Assembly: GCA_964422715.1 (NCBI GenBank)
Contig: CAYRCM010000003.1
Coordinates: 15,377-79,376, forward strand
Length of the DNA stretch: 64,000 nucleotides
DNA from: an uncultured Myxococcales bacterium
GTDB taxonomy: Bacteria; Myxococcota_A; UBA9042; PWKZ01; CAYRCM01
Direction: 5' to 3'
The notes below the pieces were generated by a model. It was not told where the DNA came from. It searched no databases and saw only the letters and a program-made list of their open reading frames with translations. A program made the translations under genes and the position numbers. Each line of letters starts with the position of its first letter. Position 1 is the first letter of the stretch. Positions 44,401 to 52,852 of the stretch are shown here, one piece after another.

Positions 44401-47377
44401 CTACGATGAGCACGGCGCGCTCGTGCACGCCAAACTGGTGTTCGTTGCGCTCGATTCGGCCGGCGAAGAATGCACGTGGGATGGCCAGCCCGCCCGCAAC
44501 GAATCCGGGCGCATCTGTCCGTCGCGGCGGCGCGTCGAACTCGGCGACGGCCGCAAGGACGACGGCGTGCGCACGGTGCTCTACGCCCCCTTCGGCCAGG
44601 GCAGCGACAGCATCGAGCCCGGCCGCTACAACGTTTACGTGTCGCACGGGCTCGAATTCGGCATCGACGTCATCGAGAACTTCGAGGTCGTGTCGGGGCT
44701 CACGGTGACGCTCGAAGCCCAGATCCAGCGCGAACTCGACACCCAAGGTTGGATCGCCGGCGACTTCCACCTGCACGCCCGCCCCAGTTTCGATGGCGGG
44801 GTGTCCATCGAAGGCCGGGTCACGTCCAACGTCATCGAGGGCCTCGAACTGGTCACCGCCACCGACCACGATGTCGTCGTCGACTACTCGCCGTACGTCA
44901 ACAAGTTGGGGTATGAGCCCTACTTGAAGACCCAGGTTGGCGTCGAATTGACCACGCTCGAGTTTGGCCACTGGAACGCCTATCCGCTGCGATACGAGGG
45001 GTTGTCGTGGCCAGTCCACGGTGCCATTGACTGGGTGGGCCTCGACAACCAAGAGCTCGTCGACGTGATGCGCGACAAAGGGGTCAATGGGCCGGCCGAA
45101 ACCGTCGTGCAGTGCAACCATCCGCGCGACGGGTTCATGGGCTACCTCGACCAGCTCGGGCTCAACGTGCTCGACCTCAGCCGCGAGACCTCGTTGCTCG
45201 AACGGTGCAATCCACAAACCGAACGGATCTCCTGCGATTTCGACGCAATGGAGATCATGAACGAGAAACGCTTCGAGCTCATCCGCACGCCGACGGTGGG
45301 CGAACTCGACCGTTTCTCCGACTGCCTCAGACTTCTCGAGGCGGCCGAAGACAACGAAGACGTCGTCGATCTGCTCGGCGACGGCGTCGATGTGCCCGAC
45401 ACGGCGTGTCACTGGGCGCTGCACTTGCCGTTCGTCGATGCTCAGACGTGTCGCGACCAGGCCTGCCCCGGTATCGACGTCGACGCCGGGGTCCTGCCGC
45501 CCGACTGCCGCCGCCGCTGCGCCGATCTCGCCAGCGAACTCTGTGAAGCCGAGCGCTGCACGTTCGCCGGCGTGTCCGACCCGGACTTGCGCGCAGCGCT
45601 CCAGGGCCGTTGCCGCGCACGCTGCGCCGAGGATGCGCGACGCGACTCGCTGCGGCGGGCCTGGCATGAGGAATTCCGAGCTGCCATCGTCGGCAGCGAC
45701 GGGGCAAGCCACTGCGCCGACCCGACGGTCAGCATGCTCGACTGCAGACGCCACGCCTTCGAGGGGCTCAAGTATCTGGCCGTGCGCTACATGATCGAGC
45801 GCACGCCCGCCGAAGAAGAGGCCCTCATGAGCCTGCCCGCGGAGCAGGACCCAGGCTGCAAACTCAACCCCGAGACACCCGACGGTTGCCGCCTGCGCGA
45901 TACGGTTTCGGGGTGCCCGAACTGCTACTGCGAGTCGTGCGTGTGCGAGCTGGCCGCGCGCTATCCGCCGTTGGCCGGCTGCTGCGGCGAGGGAGGCTCG
46001 TGGGGCGAGAACTGCGCGCTCGCGTGCGACTGGCTCTGCAACGGCTGCACCGAGATTCTGCCCTGCACCGGTTTCACCAACATCCTCGACGACTGGTTCA
46101 AATTCCTGAACGCTGGCCTCATTATCACGGGGGTTGGCAACAGCGACTCGCACGACCTGCTCTACGAAGGCGGCATTCCGCGTACGTTCGTGCGTTCGTC
46201 GACCGACGTCCCATCCGCCATCGACCTGCGCGAGATCGGCCGCAACATCAAGGCACACAAAGCCATGTTCTCGACCGGACCGTTCATTCGCTTCGCGCTG
46301 TCCGGCGAAACCGGCGACCAGGCCGATATCGGCGAAACCCTAGTGCTGCCAGCCGGCGAGCCGGTGAAGGCCCACGTCGAAGTGACCACGGCGTCCTGGT
46401 TCGGCATCGACTATGTCGAGGTGTACCGCAACGGCGTGCTGGAATACGTCGCCTACCCGGGGCTCGACTACCCGGCTGGCGAGCCGAGCGACCGCCCGAG
46501 CGACATTCTCGACTACCGGGCGACGATCGAGTTTGCGCGCCCGGCCGAGGACTCGTGGTACCTCGTCCTGGCGTACGGTTTGGGTCCCGACAACGACCTT
46601 GCGCCCGTGTATTTCAGCCTGCCCTACGGCAAGATCCTGCTCCCGACCGTGATCGAACTCGGCTTCGGCCAGATCCTCGGCGCGCTCGGCTCCGCCGCCA
46701 AACCGCTTCTCGACATGTTTGGCATCGGCGGTGGCGCCCTGCCCGAGCGGTTCCCGACGCTTCCTTTTGCCGCCACCAATCCCATCTTCGTCGATGTCGA
46801 CGGCGACGGCTGGCGGGCGCCCGAGCAGCGTGTCCACGAAGTCGTTTCCACCGCGGCCGACGGGCGGGCCAAGACCTGCACGCTGGTCAAGGACGAGGCG
46901 GGCCAGGTGTTGCCCGTCCAGTCCGACTGCGCCGAGGGCGAACTCTGCGGCGACGACTGCACGCCGACGCTCGACGGCGATGGCAACGTCGCGCAGGCCT
47001 GCGACGAGCGGGGCTACTGCCTCGCCCCCGCGCCCGCCCTGCCGCGCTTCTGCTCTCAGCCCTGCCCGCTGAAGCGCAGCCCCGATGGCTTGTTCCAACT
47101 GGTGTCGTCGAACTGCGGCGAAAACCAAATCTGCGCCGATGACGGCGATGGCGACGACATGGGCTTGTGCATCGTGCCCGTCGACCTCGCGAAATGCCCG
47201 AACGTCCGGCCCGAAGACACGTTCCTCGGCAAGCACGGCACGCTCGCGAGCCAGCAGCAGGCGCTCACGAGCGGCGCGCCTGCGGGTTCGGCGGGCGATG
47301 AGACGGCGCGCGAGTTCATGGCCGCCTTCGCCAGCAAGTTCGTCGGCGCGTTCTTCGCTCGCTGCAGTCGCCACTAG
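41447..47377 (+). CDS. Giant (1976 aa) secreted lipoprotein with PHP-type metal-phosphoesterase motifs and Ca-binding/Cys-rich (MopE-like) modules
   Basis: Lipobox …ATSPGC. PHP-like motifs (DFHLHARPSFDGG…, …ATDHD…, …GVGNSDSHDL…). D-x-D-x-DG Ca-binding-like runs combined with Cys pairs (CTDGLDDDGDGLTDCDDGDC…). Confidence 0.65.
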   Translation: MIGGMVRRLTWAGLILAWAATSPGCNNNERTLQAKRIEREDELIGGPLAKGQIGDFLLENDKVRVVITATGHSWEVGLFSGSLIDADLRRPERSFVAAGGLDQFAELFPTVNLVTANPNAPVRDLVAAPAGVPMWAPDGSGQVTNETRQLRVVDEHVSGVWIESDGSDGTEAAVVAEGRGAFLFEALGLLQSPELSAFVKNLKVGFDFRTTYAVRPGESWVRMRTTIRYSPSDVPAGCPGLPGDDCPLACPAGYETESVPGTEDAATGEWSELDCPTCRCTVAGSQDWQREACANAPVFRPDPADPTTWHRFCHVPGQPTVPCTDYEDPAACECGCLKSDFGVQGDCSASGGYRFEEIEVPKEGGEPGEVRRVFCPVCACDGSDDLPLYTESTSIFNDIIGDLPFINPRRWQPGMIAGDFLFFGKECNVFAPGLGYDEDRRIFENTWEGIGTISNPLCTDYVAAVGDRVSYGYFAYDPTLNVDEPIDSARCPTKRLALVGLNYRPQLWDEGSQTFTDIFDRHQRRRARAGIRQALVDDFGVTDTGVARSLLTALRVERTPLVLRTLETHCYNGKDDDADGVRDCEDTDCAGATCDFRYEECEGKDPCPAIEDPPADCDRTGDSRCDGSDLAIQAAIDAFDAALGVAVVAESVCTDGLDDDGDGLTDCDDGDCGSGAGGCEVGTADDTCNARGCRSGEADCLRTGDDPACCLNGADDDGDGAVDCDDDNCGVEPACQTPVASAEDLLTVGFIPAPECQQPKLLIPLFTNSATAVITHGKRCATSPLYGDTCQGERSLSYERFFLIGEGDVASILDSVYTLRGQATGTLRGAVLEAGTMRPVPHADVFVLRLPVAAPASAAAEGKAVEPSEDQQNADFLRYGFAWRDLMDVRDPFDRNNPVTYDMLVRANDIAFGNMGFVTQMQCDRGSDPRLDGDFQGRLLPGTYAVVARGSDTTVSALQIVQVRSGQTTDVYPLVPPPGKVNYRVYDEHGALVHAKLVFVALDSAGEECTWDGQPARNESGRICPSRRRVELGDGRKDDGVRTVLYAPFGQGSDSIEPGRYNVYVSHGLEFGIDVIENFEVVSGLTVTLEAQIQRELDTQGWIAGDFHLHARPSFDGGVSIEGRVTSNVIEGLELVTATDHDVVVDYSPYVNKLGYEPYLKTQVGVELTTLEFGHWNAYPLRYEGLSWPVHGAIDWVGLDNQELVDVMRDKGVNGPAETVVQCNHPRDGFMGYLDQLGLNVLDLSRETSLLERCNPQTERISCDFDAMEIMNEKRFELIRTPTVGELDRFSDCLRLLEAAEDNEDVVDLLGDGVDVPDTACHWALHLPFVDAQTCRDQACPGIDVDAGVLPPDCRRRCADLASELCEAERCTFAGVSDPDLRAALQGRCRARCAEDARRDSLRRAWHEEFRAAIVGSDGASHCADPTVSMLDCRRHAFEGLKYLAVRYMIERTPAEEEALMSLPAEQDPGCKLNPETPDGCRLRDTVSGCPNCYCESCVCELAARYPPLAGCCGEGGSWGENCALACDWLCNGCTEILPCTGFTNILDDWFKFLNAGLIITGVGNSDSHDLLYEGGIPRTFVRSSTDVPSAIDLREIGRNIKAHKAMFSTGPFIRFALSGETGDQADIGETLVLPAGEPVKAHVEVTTASWFGIDYVEVYRNGVLEYVAYPGLDYPAGEPSDRPSDILDYRATIEFARPAEDSWYLVLAYGLGPDNDLAPVYFSLPYGKILLPTVIELGFGQILGALGSAAKPLLDMFGIGGGALPERFPTLPFAATNPIFVDVDGDGWRAPEQRVHEVVSTAADGRAKTCTLVKDEAGQVLPVQSDCAEGELCGDDCTPTLDGDGNVAQACDERGYCLAPAPALPRFCSQPCPLKRSPDGLFQLVSSNCGENQICADDGDGDDMGLCIVPVDLAKCPNVRPEDTFLGKHGTLASQQQALTSGAPAGSAGDETAREFMAAFASKFVGAFFARCSRH

Positions 47378-47394
47378 GCCCGGGCTCGCGCTTC

Positions 47395-49050
47395 ATGATT
47401 CGCTCTGCGCGGCCCCGCCGGAGAGGTGTGCGCCGCAGTCCCGATCCCGCGACGGAGGGGGCCGCCCCCGTCGCCACGGTGCACCCCGCGGCAACGTCTG
47501 CAGCGCGTCTGCCGGGCGGCGGCCTTGGCAGCCGCTTGGCGCGTGTCCTGGCCCCAGCGTTCGCGCTGGCGCTGCTGCTCGGTCCGTCACCGTCCCTCGG
47601 GCATCCGTTCGGGCTCTCCTCGATCGATCAGAACGTCGCGGTGCGGGTAGGGCCGGAGCGCATCGACCTCGTGTTCGCACTCGACATGGCCGAGGCGGTC
47701 TCGGCCCAGCTGCTCCAGATCGCCGACCGTGACGGTGACACCGTGCTGTCTCCGGTCGAGCGGGCCGACGTTCTGGCTGCGCTCGGGTCGCAACTCGTCT
47801 CCCATCTTCACATCACGGCCGCGGGTGTGCCGGTGCGCCTGACGGTGGCGCGGCAAGAACTCTTGCTGCCACGAGGAGAACTGGGACTCGTCAATGTGAA
47901 GGCGCGTTTCTGGCTCGCCGGGCGCTACCCGCCGGGAACGCTCTCGGCCAACACCGAACTGCTCCTGTCGAACGCCAACTACCCCGACCGGGCGGGGGAG
48001 CGGGCCTTCCAGGTGCAGGGCGATCCCATGGCGGCGCTGCGCTACCGCATCCTCGGCGAGGCGCCGGTGCGCGGCAAACTCCGGCACTGGGGCCTTCGCG
48101 CCGTCTACCGGGCATCGGATGCCGCCATTGCGCGCGCGCCGGGCCTGCCGCCGCTGCCCGACGGTCCGGTGCCACCCGCCAAGCAGGAGGCTGGCCGGTC
48201 GCTCTCCACGTCTTCCCTCGATCCGCTGGCGGCGCGGCTCGGGGCACGCTCCCTGAGCCTCTGGGTTGTCCTGGCGGCACTGGGGCTGGCCTTCCTGCTC
48301 GGCGCTTTCCATGCGTTGAGCCCCGGGCACGGCAAGGCCCTGGTCGCCGCCTACCTCGTCGGTAGCCGCGGCACCGTGCGCCACGCCCTCCTGTTGGGCC
48401 TGACCGTCACGGCGACGCACGTCGTGAGCGTTCTCGTCCTGGGGCTCGTGACGTTGTTTCTGTCGGCGTACGTGCTGCCCGAGACCCTGGTCCCCTGGCT
48501 CAACGTGACGTCGGGCTTGCTCGTGCTCGGCGTCGGGCTGCTCCTCGTCGTGCGCCGATCGCGGGCGCTGCGCTCCTTACGCGCCGGTGGGCCCGCGCAC
48601 ATCCACGCGCCCGACCACGCTCATCCGTCCGAGCACGACCACGGTCACGAGCATGGGCACGAGGCGCCCGACCGCAGTCACGGGCACGCGCACGGCCCGA
48701 TTCATCATCACCCCGCCACGGTATCGCCGGCGCGGCTCACGGAAGTCTTCTGGCTCGGCGTCTCGGGAGGACTCGTGCCCTGCCCGTCGGCCCTGCTCCT
48801 GTTGCTCGTGGCGGTCAATTTGCAGCGGGTGGCCTTCGGGCTGCTGCTGATCGTCGTGTTCAGCGTCGGCCTGGCTGCCGTGCTCGTAGCCATCGGGGTT
48901 CTGGTTGTCAAGATGCGCGGCTGGCTCGACCGGCGGGCCGGGCTGTCTCGCCGTGTGCCCTACCTCGGGGTCATCAGCGCGGTCGCGGTGGCTCTGCTCG
49001 GTGTGGCCATGACCCTCATGGCCCTTCTCGAAGGAGGGTTTTTCCGATGA
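47395..49050 (+). CDS. Nickel/cobalt transporter, NicO/RcnA family, with N-terminal periplasmic extension and His-rich loop
   Basis: …FHALSPGHGKALVAAYLVGSRGT… matches the NicO signature. His-rich loop HIHAPDHAHPSEHDHGHEHGHEAPDRSHGHAHGPIHHH. The true start may be internal. Confidence 0.65.
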   Translation: MIRSARPRRRGVRRSPDPATEGAAPVATVHPAATSAARLPGGGLGSRLARVLAPAFALALLLGPSPSLGHPFGLSSIDQNVAVRVGPERIDLVFALDMAEAVSAQLLQIADRDGDTVLSPVERADVLAALGSQLVSHLHITAAGVPVRLTVARQELLLPRGELGLVNVKARFWLAGRYPPGTLSANTELLLSNANYPDRAGERAFQVQGDPMAALRYRILGEAPVRGKLRHWGLRAVYRASDAAIARAPGLPPLPDGPVPPAKQEAGRSLSTSSLDPLAARLGARSLSLWVVLAALGLAFLLGAFHALSPGHGKALVAAYLVGSRGTVRHALLLGLTVTATHVVSVLVLGLVTLFLSAYVLPETLVPWLNVTSGLLVLGVGLLLVVRRSRALRSLRAGGPAHIHAPDHAHPSEHDHGHEHGHEAPDRSHGHAHGPIHHHPATVSPARLTEVFWLGVSGGLVPCPSALLLLLVAVNLQRVAFGLLLIVVFSVGLAAVLVAIGVLVVKMRGWLDRRAGLSRRVPYLGVISAVAVALLGVAMTLMALLEGGFFR

Positions 49051-49853
49051 TGACGGCTGCGCCCGATCTGCGCGCGGTGCGGTGCTTTGTCTCGGACATG
49101 GACGGCACCTTCTATCTGGGCGAGCGACTGCTTCCGGGCAGTCTACGGTTTGCGGCACTGCTGCGCGAACGCGGCGTGCGGCTCCTGTTTCTCACGAACA
49201 ACTCGTCGAAGGCGCCCGAGGAATACGCCGCGAAACTCACGCGCCTCGGCTACCCGGCCACGGCCCACGACGTCTTCACATCGGGCGAGGCAACCGTCGA
49301 ACTCGTCGTTCGGGAGCGTCCCGGCGCCCGGGTCGACGTTTTCGGGACGCCCTCGCTGCGCCGCCAGTTCGTCGAGGCCGGAGTCGCACTCGACGAGGTG
49401 CAGCCCGACCTCGTGGTCCTCGGGTTCGACACCACCACCGACTACCCGAAGCTCGTGAGGCTTTGCGCGCACGTCGCGCGAGGCGTGCCGTACTGGGCCA
49501 CGCATCCCGACCGCACGTGCCCGACCGAGGACGGGTTCATTCCCGACGCCGGCGCCTTCATGGCGCTGGTCGAGGCTGCCACGGGGCGCCGCCCCGACCG
49601 CATCGTCGGCAAACCCGAGCGCGACATCATCACGGCGCTCAGCGTTCGCACGGGCCTGGCGGGAAACGAGCTCGCCATCATCGGCGACCGGCTCTACACC
49701 GACATCGCGACGGGGCTCGCGGCCGGCATTCCGGCCATCCTCGTGCTGAGCGGCGAGACGCGTCGCGCCGACCTCGCGGGCAGCCCCGTGCAGCCGAACC
49801 TCGTCGTGGAGGGACTCGCCGAGCTGGCCGACCGGCTGGCCGCCACCACCTGA
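49047..49853 (+). CDS. HAD-superfamily hydrolase, subfamily IIA (NagD-like sugar phosphatase)
   Basis: DxDGT motif (FVSDMDGTFY), …LTNNSS…, …KPE…, …GDRLYTDI… The ATGA start overlaps the upstream stop. Confidence 0.8.
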   Translation: MMTAAPDLRAVRCFVSDMDGTFYLGERLLPGSLRFAALLRERGVRLLFLTNNSSKAPEEYAAKLTRLGYPATAHDVFTSGEATVELVVRERPGARVDVFGTPSLRRQFVEAGVALDEVQPDLVVLGFDTTTDYPKLVRLCAHVARGVPYWATHPDRTCPTEDGFIPDAGAFMALVEAATGRRPDRIVGKPERDIITALSVRTGLAGNELAIIGDRLYTDIATGLAAGIPAILVLSGETRRADLAGSPVQPNLVVEGLAELADRLAATT

Positions 49854-49963
49854 ACGTTGCGCGGCGCCTCGGCCGGGACGGTCTGGCTCGCGCACCGGCC
49901 AGCCGAACGCCGGCCACGGCCGCGTGTCCCGAACGGCTGGGCGGCGCTCAAGAGCCGTGCATC

Positions 49964-50839
49964 TCAGGGGCCGGTCGGCACTGCCGATAGACTGACGACA
50001 TCGCGCACGGCGAAGCCTTTGGCCGTCTCCGCGACACGGCAGGCTTCGACCCGCGGGTCGTGGAAGAACGCGAGCGTCCAATCCTCGGCGACCGCGCGCG
50101 CCAGAATGCGCTGCTTCTCGGCGATGGTGACGGCGGGCGCGAGGTCGTACGCCATGATGTACGGAACCGGTACGTGCGCCGCCGTGGGAACGAGGTCGGA
50201 CGCGAACAGGCAGCTGCCCTGAGGGCCATGCACCACGGGCAGGATCTGTCCGGGCGTGTGACCCGAGACGACCAGCAGCCGCAACCCCTCGAAAAGCGGG
50301 AGCTCGTCCGTGTCGTGCAGCACGAGTTCGGCCTGCGCGACAAGCGCCTCGATGCGTTCGGCGAGGTAGCTCGCTCGGTCGCGCACGTTCGGCCGGCGGG
50401 CGTGTTCGAGTTGCGCGCGGCCCAGGTGGACGCGCGCCGCCGGAAACTGCGGCAGGAACGACCGATCGGCCTGGCGTACGACGAGAGCTGCGGCGTGGTC
50501 GAAGTGGAGGTGAGTGACGATGACGTCGGTGACCGCCTCGCGGGAGACACCGAGCGCCGCCAGCCCGCCGAGCAGCGTGCGTCCGCCCGTGCGAATGGCG
50601 TAGTGCGCATGCTCCTTCGTGTCGGGGGGATAGGCGTCGCCGATGCCAGGTTCGACGACGACGGTGTGGCGGCCGTCACGCAGCAGCAGACTGCGGGTGG
50701 CGAGCGGAATGCGGTTGTGCTCGTCGGCCGCTGCAAGCCGCCCCCAGATGGCCTTCGGGACGACGCCGAACATGGCGCCCCCGTCGAGGCAGAACGTTGC
50801 CGTCGGGATGGGCTGGATGAGCCACTGACCAAGCCGCAT
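49964..50839 (-). CDS. MBL-fold metallo-hydrolase
   Basis: HxHxDH motif (THLHFDHAA). The start was moved to the internal ATG at 50839 (MRLGQWLIQP…), because the upstream part of the ORF-track frame is Arg-rich and artifact-like. Confidence 0.7.
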   Translation of the reverse strand: MRLGQWLIQPIPTATFCLDGGAMFGVVPKAIWGRLAAADEHNRIPLATRSLLLRDGRHTVVVEPGIGDAYPPDTKEHAHYAIRTGGRTLLGGLAALGVSREAVTDVIVTHLHFDHAAALVVRQADRSFLPQFPAARVHLGRAQLEHARRPNVRDRASYLAERIEALVAQAELVLHDTDELPLFEGLRLLVVSGHTPGQILPVVHGPQGSCLFASDLVPTAAHVPVPYIMAYDLAPAVTIAEKQRILARAVAEDWTLAFFHDPRVEACRVAETAKGFAVRDVVSLSAVPTGP

Positions 50840-50880
50840 GGCGATGCTCCGATGCTGGGCCGCGCGCTGCCGGGCGCCCC

Positions 50881-52842
50881 TCAGCGGGTGCGCTGGACGA
50901 GGCGTTCGATTTCGCCGAGCGTGCGGTCGAGTTCGTGGGCGGCTGCCGCGATGGGCTCGGGGCGAGTCAAGTCGGCCCCGGCAGCGCGCAGCAGTTCGAG
51001 CGGCGGCTTTGTGCAGCCCCCCGCCAGCATGCCGAGATAGGCCCGCTGGGCCGCCGCGCCGCCTTGGGTCACGCGTTCGGCCAGCGCCACGGCCGCCGAG
51101 AGCCCCGTGGCGTAGGAGAACACGTAGTACTTGTAGAAGAAATGCGGGATGTAGGCCCATTCGACCGGGTCGTCGGCGTCGATGACGAGGTCGGGGCCGT
51201 AGTAGTCGCGGAGCAGCCCCGCGTAGGTGTCGTTGAGGAATTCGGCGGTGAGCGGCGTGCCCGCCTCGGCAGCCGTGTGCACGCGCAACTCGAATTCGGC
51301 GAAGAGCGTCTGGCGATACACGGTCGTGCGGAGTGTCTCGGCGTGCTCGGCCAGCAGGTAGAGGCGCTCAGCGTCGCCGGCCACCGTGGCCAGGAGATGG
51401 TCGGCCAGCAGCTTCTCGTTGAACGTCGAGGCGATTTCGGCCAGGAAGGGCACGTAGCCCGCCGTGACGTAGGGCTGCGCCTGCATGGACAGGTGGCTGT
51501 GGAGCGCGTGGCCGAGTTCGTGGGCCAGCGTCGAGAGGTCGTCGATTTCTTCGAAATAGTTCATCTTCACGAAGGGATGCACGCCGAAGACGCTGGCCGA
51601 GAAGGCGCCGCTCGCCTTGTCGGCGTGGGGGTACAAATCGATCCAGCCGCTGCCCGGACGCAACGCCTGTTGCAGGACGCGTTCGTAGTCGGCCCCGAGC
51701 GGCCGCAGCGCCGCCGGGAGCAGGCGCTGGGCCTCGGCGTAGGGCACTTTCATGTCGACGCCGTTTGCGAGCGGCGTGTAGAGGTCATAGAGGTGCAGCT
51801 CCGCCACCCCAAGAATGTGCTTGCGCAGCCGGAGATAGCGCTGCAGCGGGGCGAGATTCTGGCGCACCGCGGCGATGAGGTTGTGGTAGACGGCCGGATC
51901 GATTTCGTCGCGGTCGAGGTAGGCCGCGAGCGCCGTGTCGTAGCCTCGGGCTCGCGCGAGAAAGACGTTGAATCGGATTTGACCGGCAAGTGCCGCGGCG
52001 AAGACGTGCTGCTGGCTGCGCAGCGCTGCAAACATGCCCTGGACGGCCGCCCGACGGACCTCGCGATTGGCGGACGCGCGATACTTCGGGAAGTTCGACA
52101 GCGTCAGCGGCACGGCCCGCCCCCCCTCGTCCTGGATGGTGGGCAGCGGCAAGTCAGTGCGCTGCGCCTGGTAGACGCGTTCGAAGTCGGAGGGCAGTTC
52201 GTTGAGGTCGATCTCGGCGAAGAGGTTGTCGCCGACGAGTGCAAGCACGCGTTCGGTGTCGGCGCTGAGGACATGGGCGCGGCGGCGGCGCAACTGTTCA
52301 AGGTAGGGGCGATACGACGCCAGACCGGGAGCCGCCTGATAGGCGGCGGCCATGGCTTCGTCGCTCTGCGCCAGCACTTCGAGGCGGATGAAGCCGGCCG
52401 TGGCGATGAGAGCGTTCATGGCCTGCACGCCGCGTTCGTTGAGCGTCTGGAGGGCGGCGGACGTCTGCGCCGTGTCGAAACGCAGGTTGGCGTAGAGGGT
52501 GATGCGGTTTGTCAGGAGCCGCAAATCAAAGTAGAGCGCGAGCGCTTCCTGCAGGGTCGTCGGCTCCGCGAGCCGCCCGCGGTAGGTCGCCAGCCGCTCG
52601 CGCAGGCCTGCCGCCTGCCGCAGACCCGCCTCGCATTCGGCGTCGCTCGCGAAGAGCGGCTTCGGGTCCCATTGGAACTCGGCGGGGATGGCATCGCGGG
52701 GCATGGACGCGTCGGGAACGAAGGCCGGGGCACTCTCCGGCTTGCGGGCTCCGGCGGGCGCCGCCAGCGCATCGGCACAGCCAAAGAGGAGGGTGGCGAG
52801 AGCCGCGGCTGCAAGAGCGCACTCGTCGAGGTGCATGCTCAT
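50881..52842 (-). CDS. Oligoendopeptidase F (M3B family), predicted lipoprotein
   Basis: HELGH zinc motif (…LAHELGHALHSH…). 653 aa. N-terminal signal with …LLFGC lipobox. Confidence 0.88.
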   Translation of the reverse strand: MSMHLDECALAAAALATLLFGCADALAAPAGARKPESAPAFVPDASMPRDAIPAEFQWDPKPLFASDAECEAGLRQAAGLRERLATYRGRLAEPTTLQEALALYFDLRLLTNRITLYANLRFDTAQTSAALQTLNERGVQAMNALIATAGFIRLEVLAQSDEAMAAAYQAAPGLASYRPYLEQLRRRRAHVLSADTERVLALVGDNLFAEIDLNELPSDFERVYQAQRTDLPLPTIQDEGGRAVPLTLSNFPKYRASANREVRRAAVQGMFAALRSQQHVFAAALAGQIRFNVFLARARGYDTALAAYLDRDEIDPAVYHNLIAAVRQNLAPLQRYLRLRKHILGVAELHLYDLYTPLANGVDMKVPYAEAQRLLPAALRPLGADYERVLQQALRPGSGWIDLYPHADKASGAFSASVFGVHPFVKMNYFEEIDDLSTLAHELGHALHSHLSMQAQPYVTAGYVPFLAEIASTFNEKLLADHLLATVAGDAERLYLLAEHAETLRTTVYRQTLFAEFELRVHTAAEAGTPLTAEFLNDTYAGLLRDYYGPDLVIDADDPVEWAYIPHFFYKYYVFSYATGLSAAVALAERVTQGGAAAQRAYLGMLAGGCTKPPLELLRAAGADLTRPEPIAAAAHELDRTLGEIERLVQRTR

Positions 52843-52852
52843 CGGACAGACC

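Noticed and set aside
41384-46258. Long minus-strand ORFs (41384-44059, 44339-46258) antisense to the 1976-aa lipoprotein gene
   Set aside because: Antisense artifacts. The plus-strand protein has a lipoprotein signal and PHP-like motifs.
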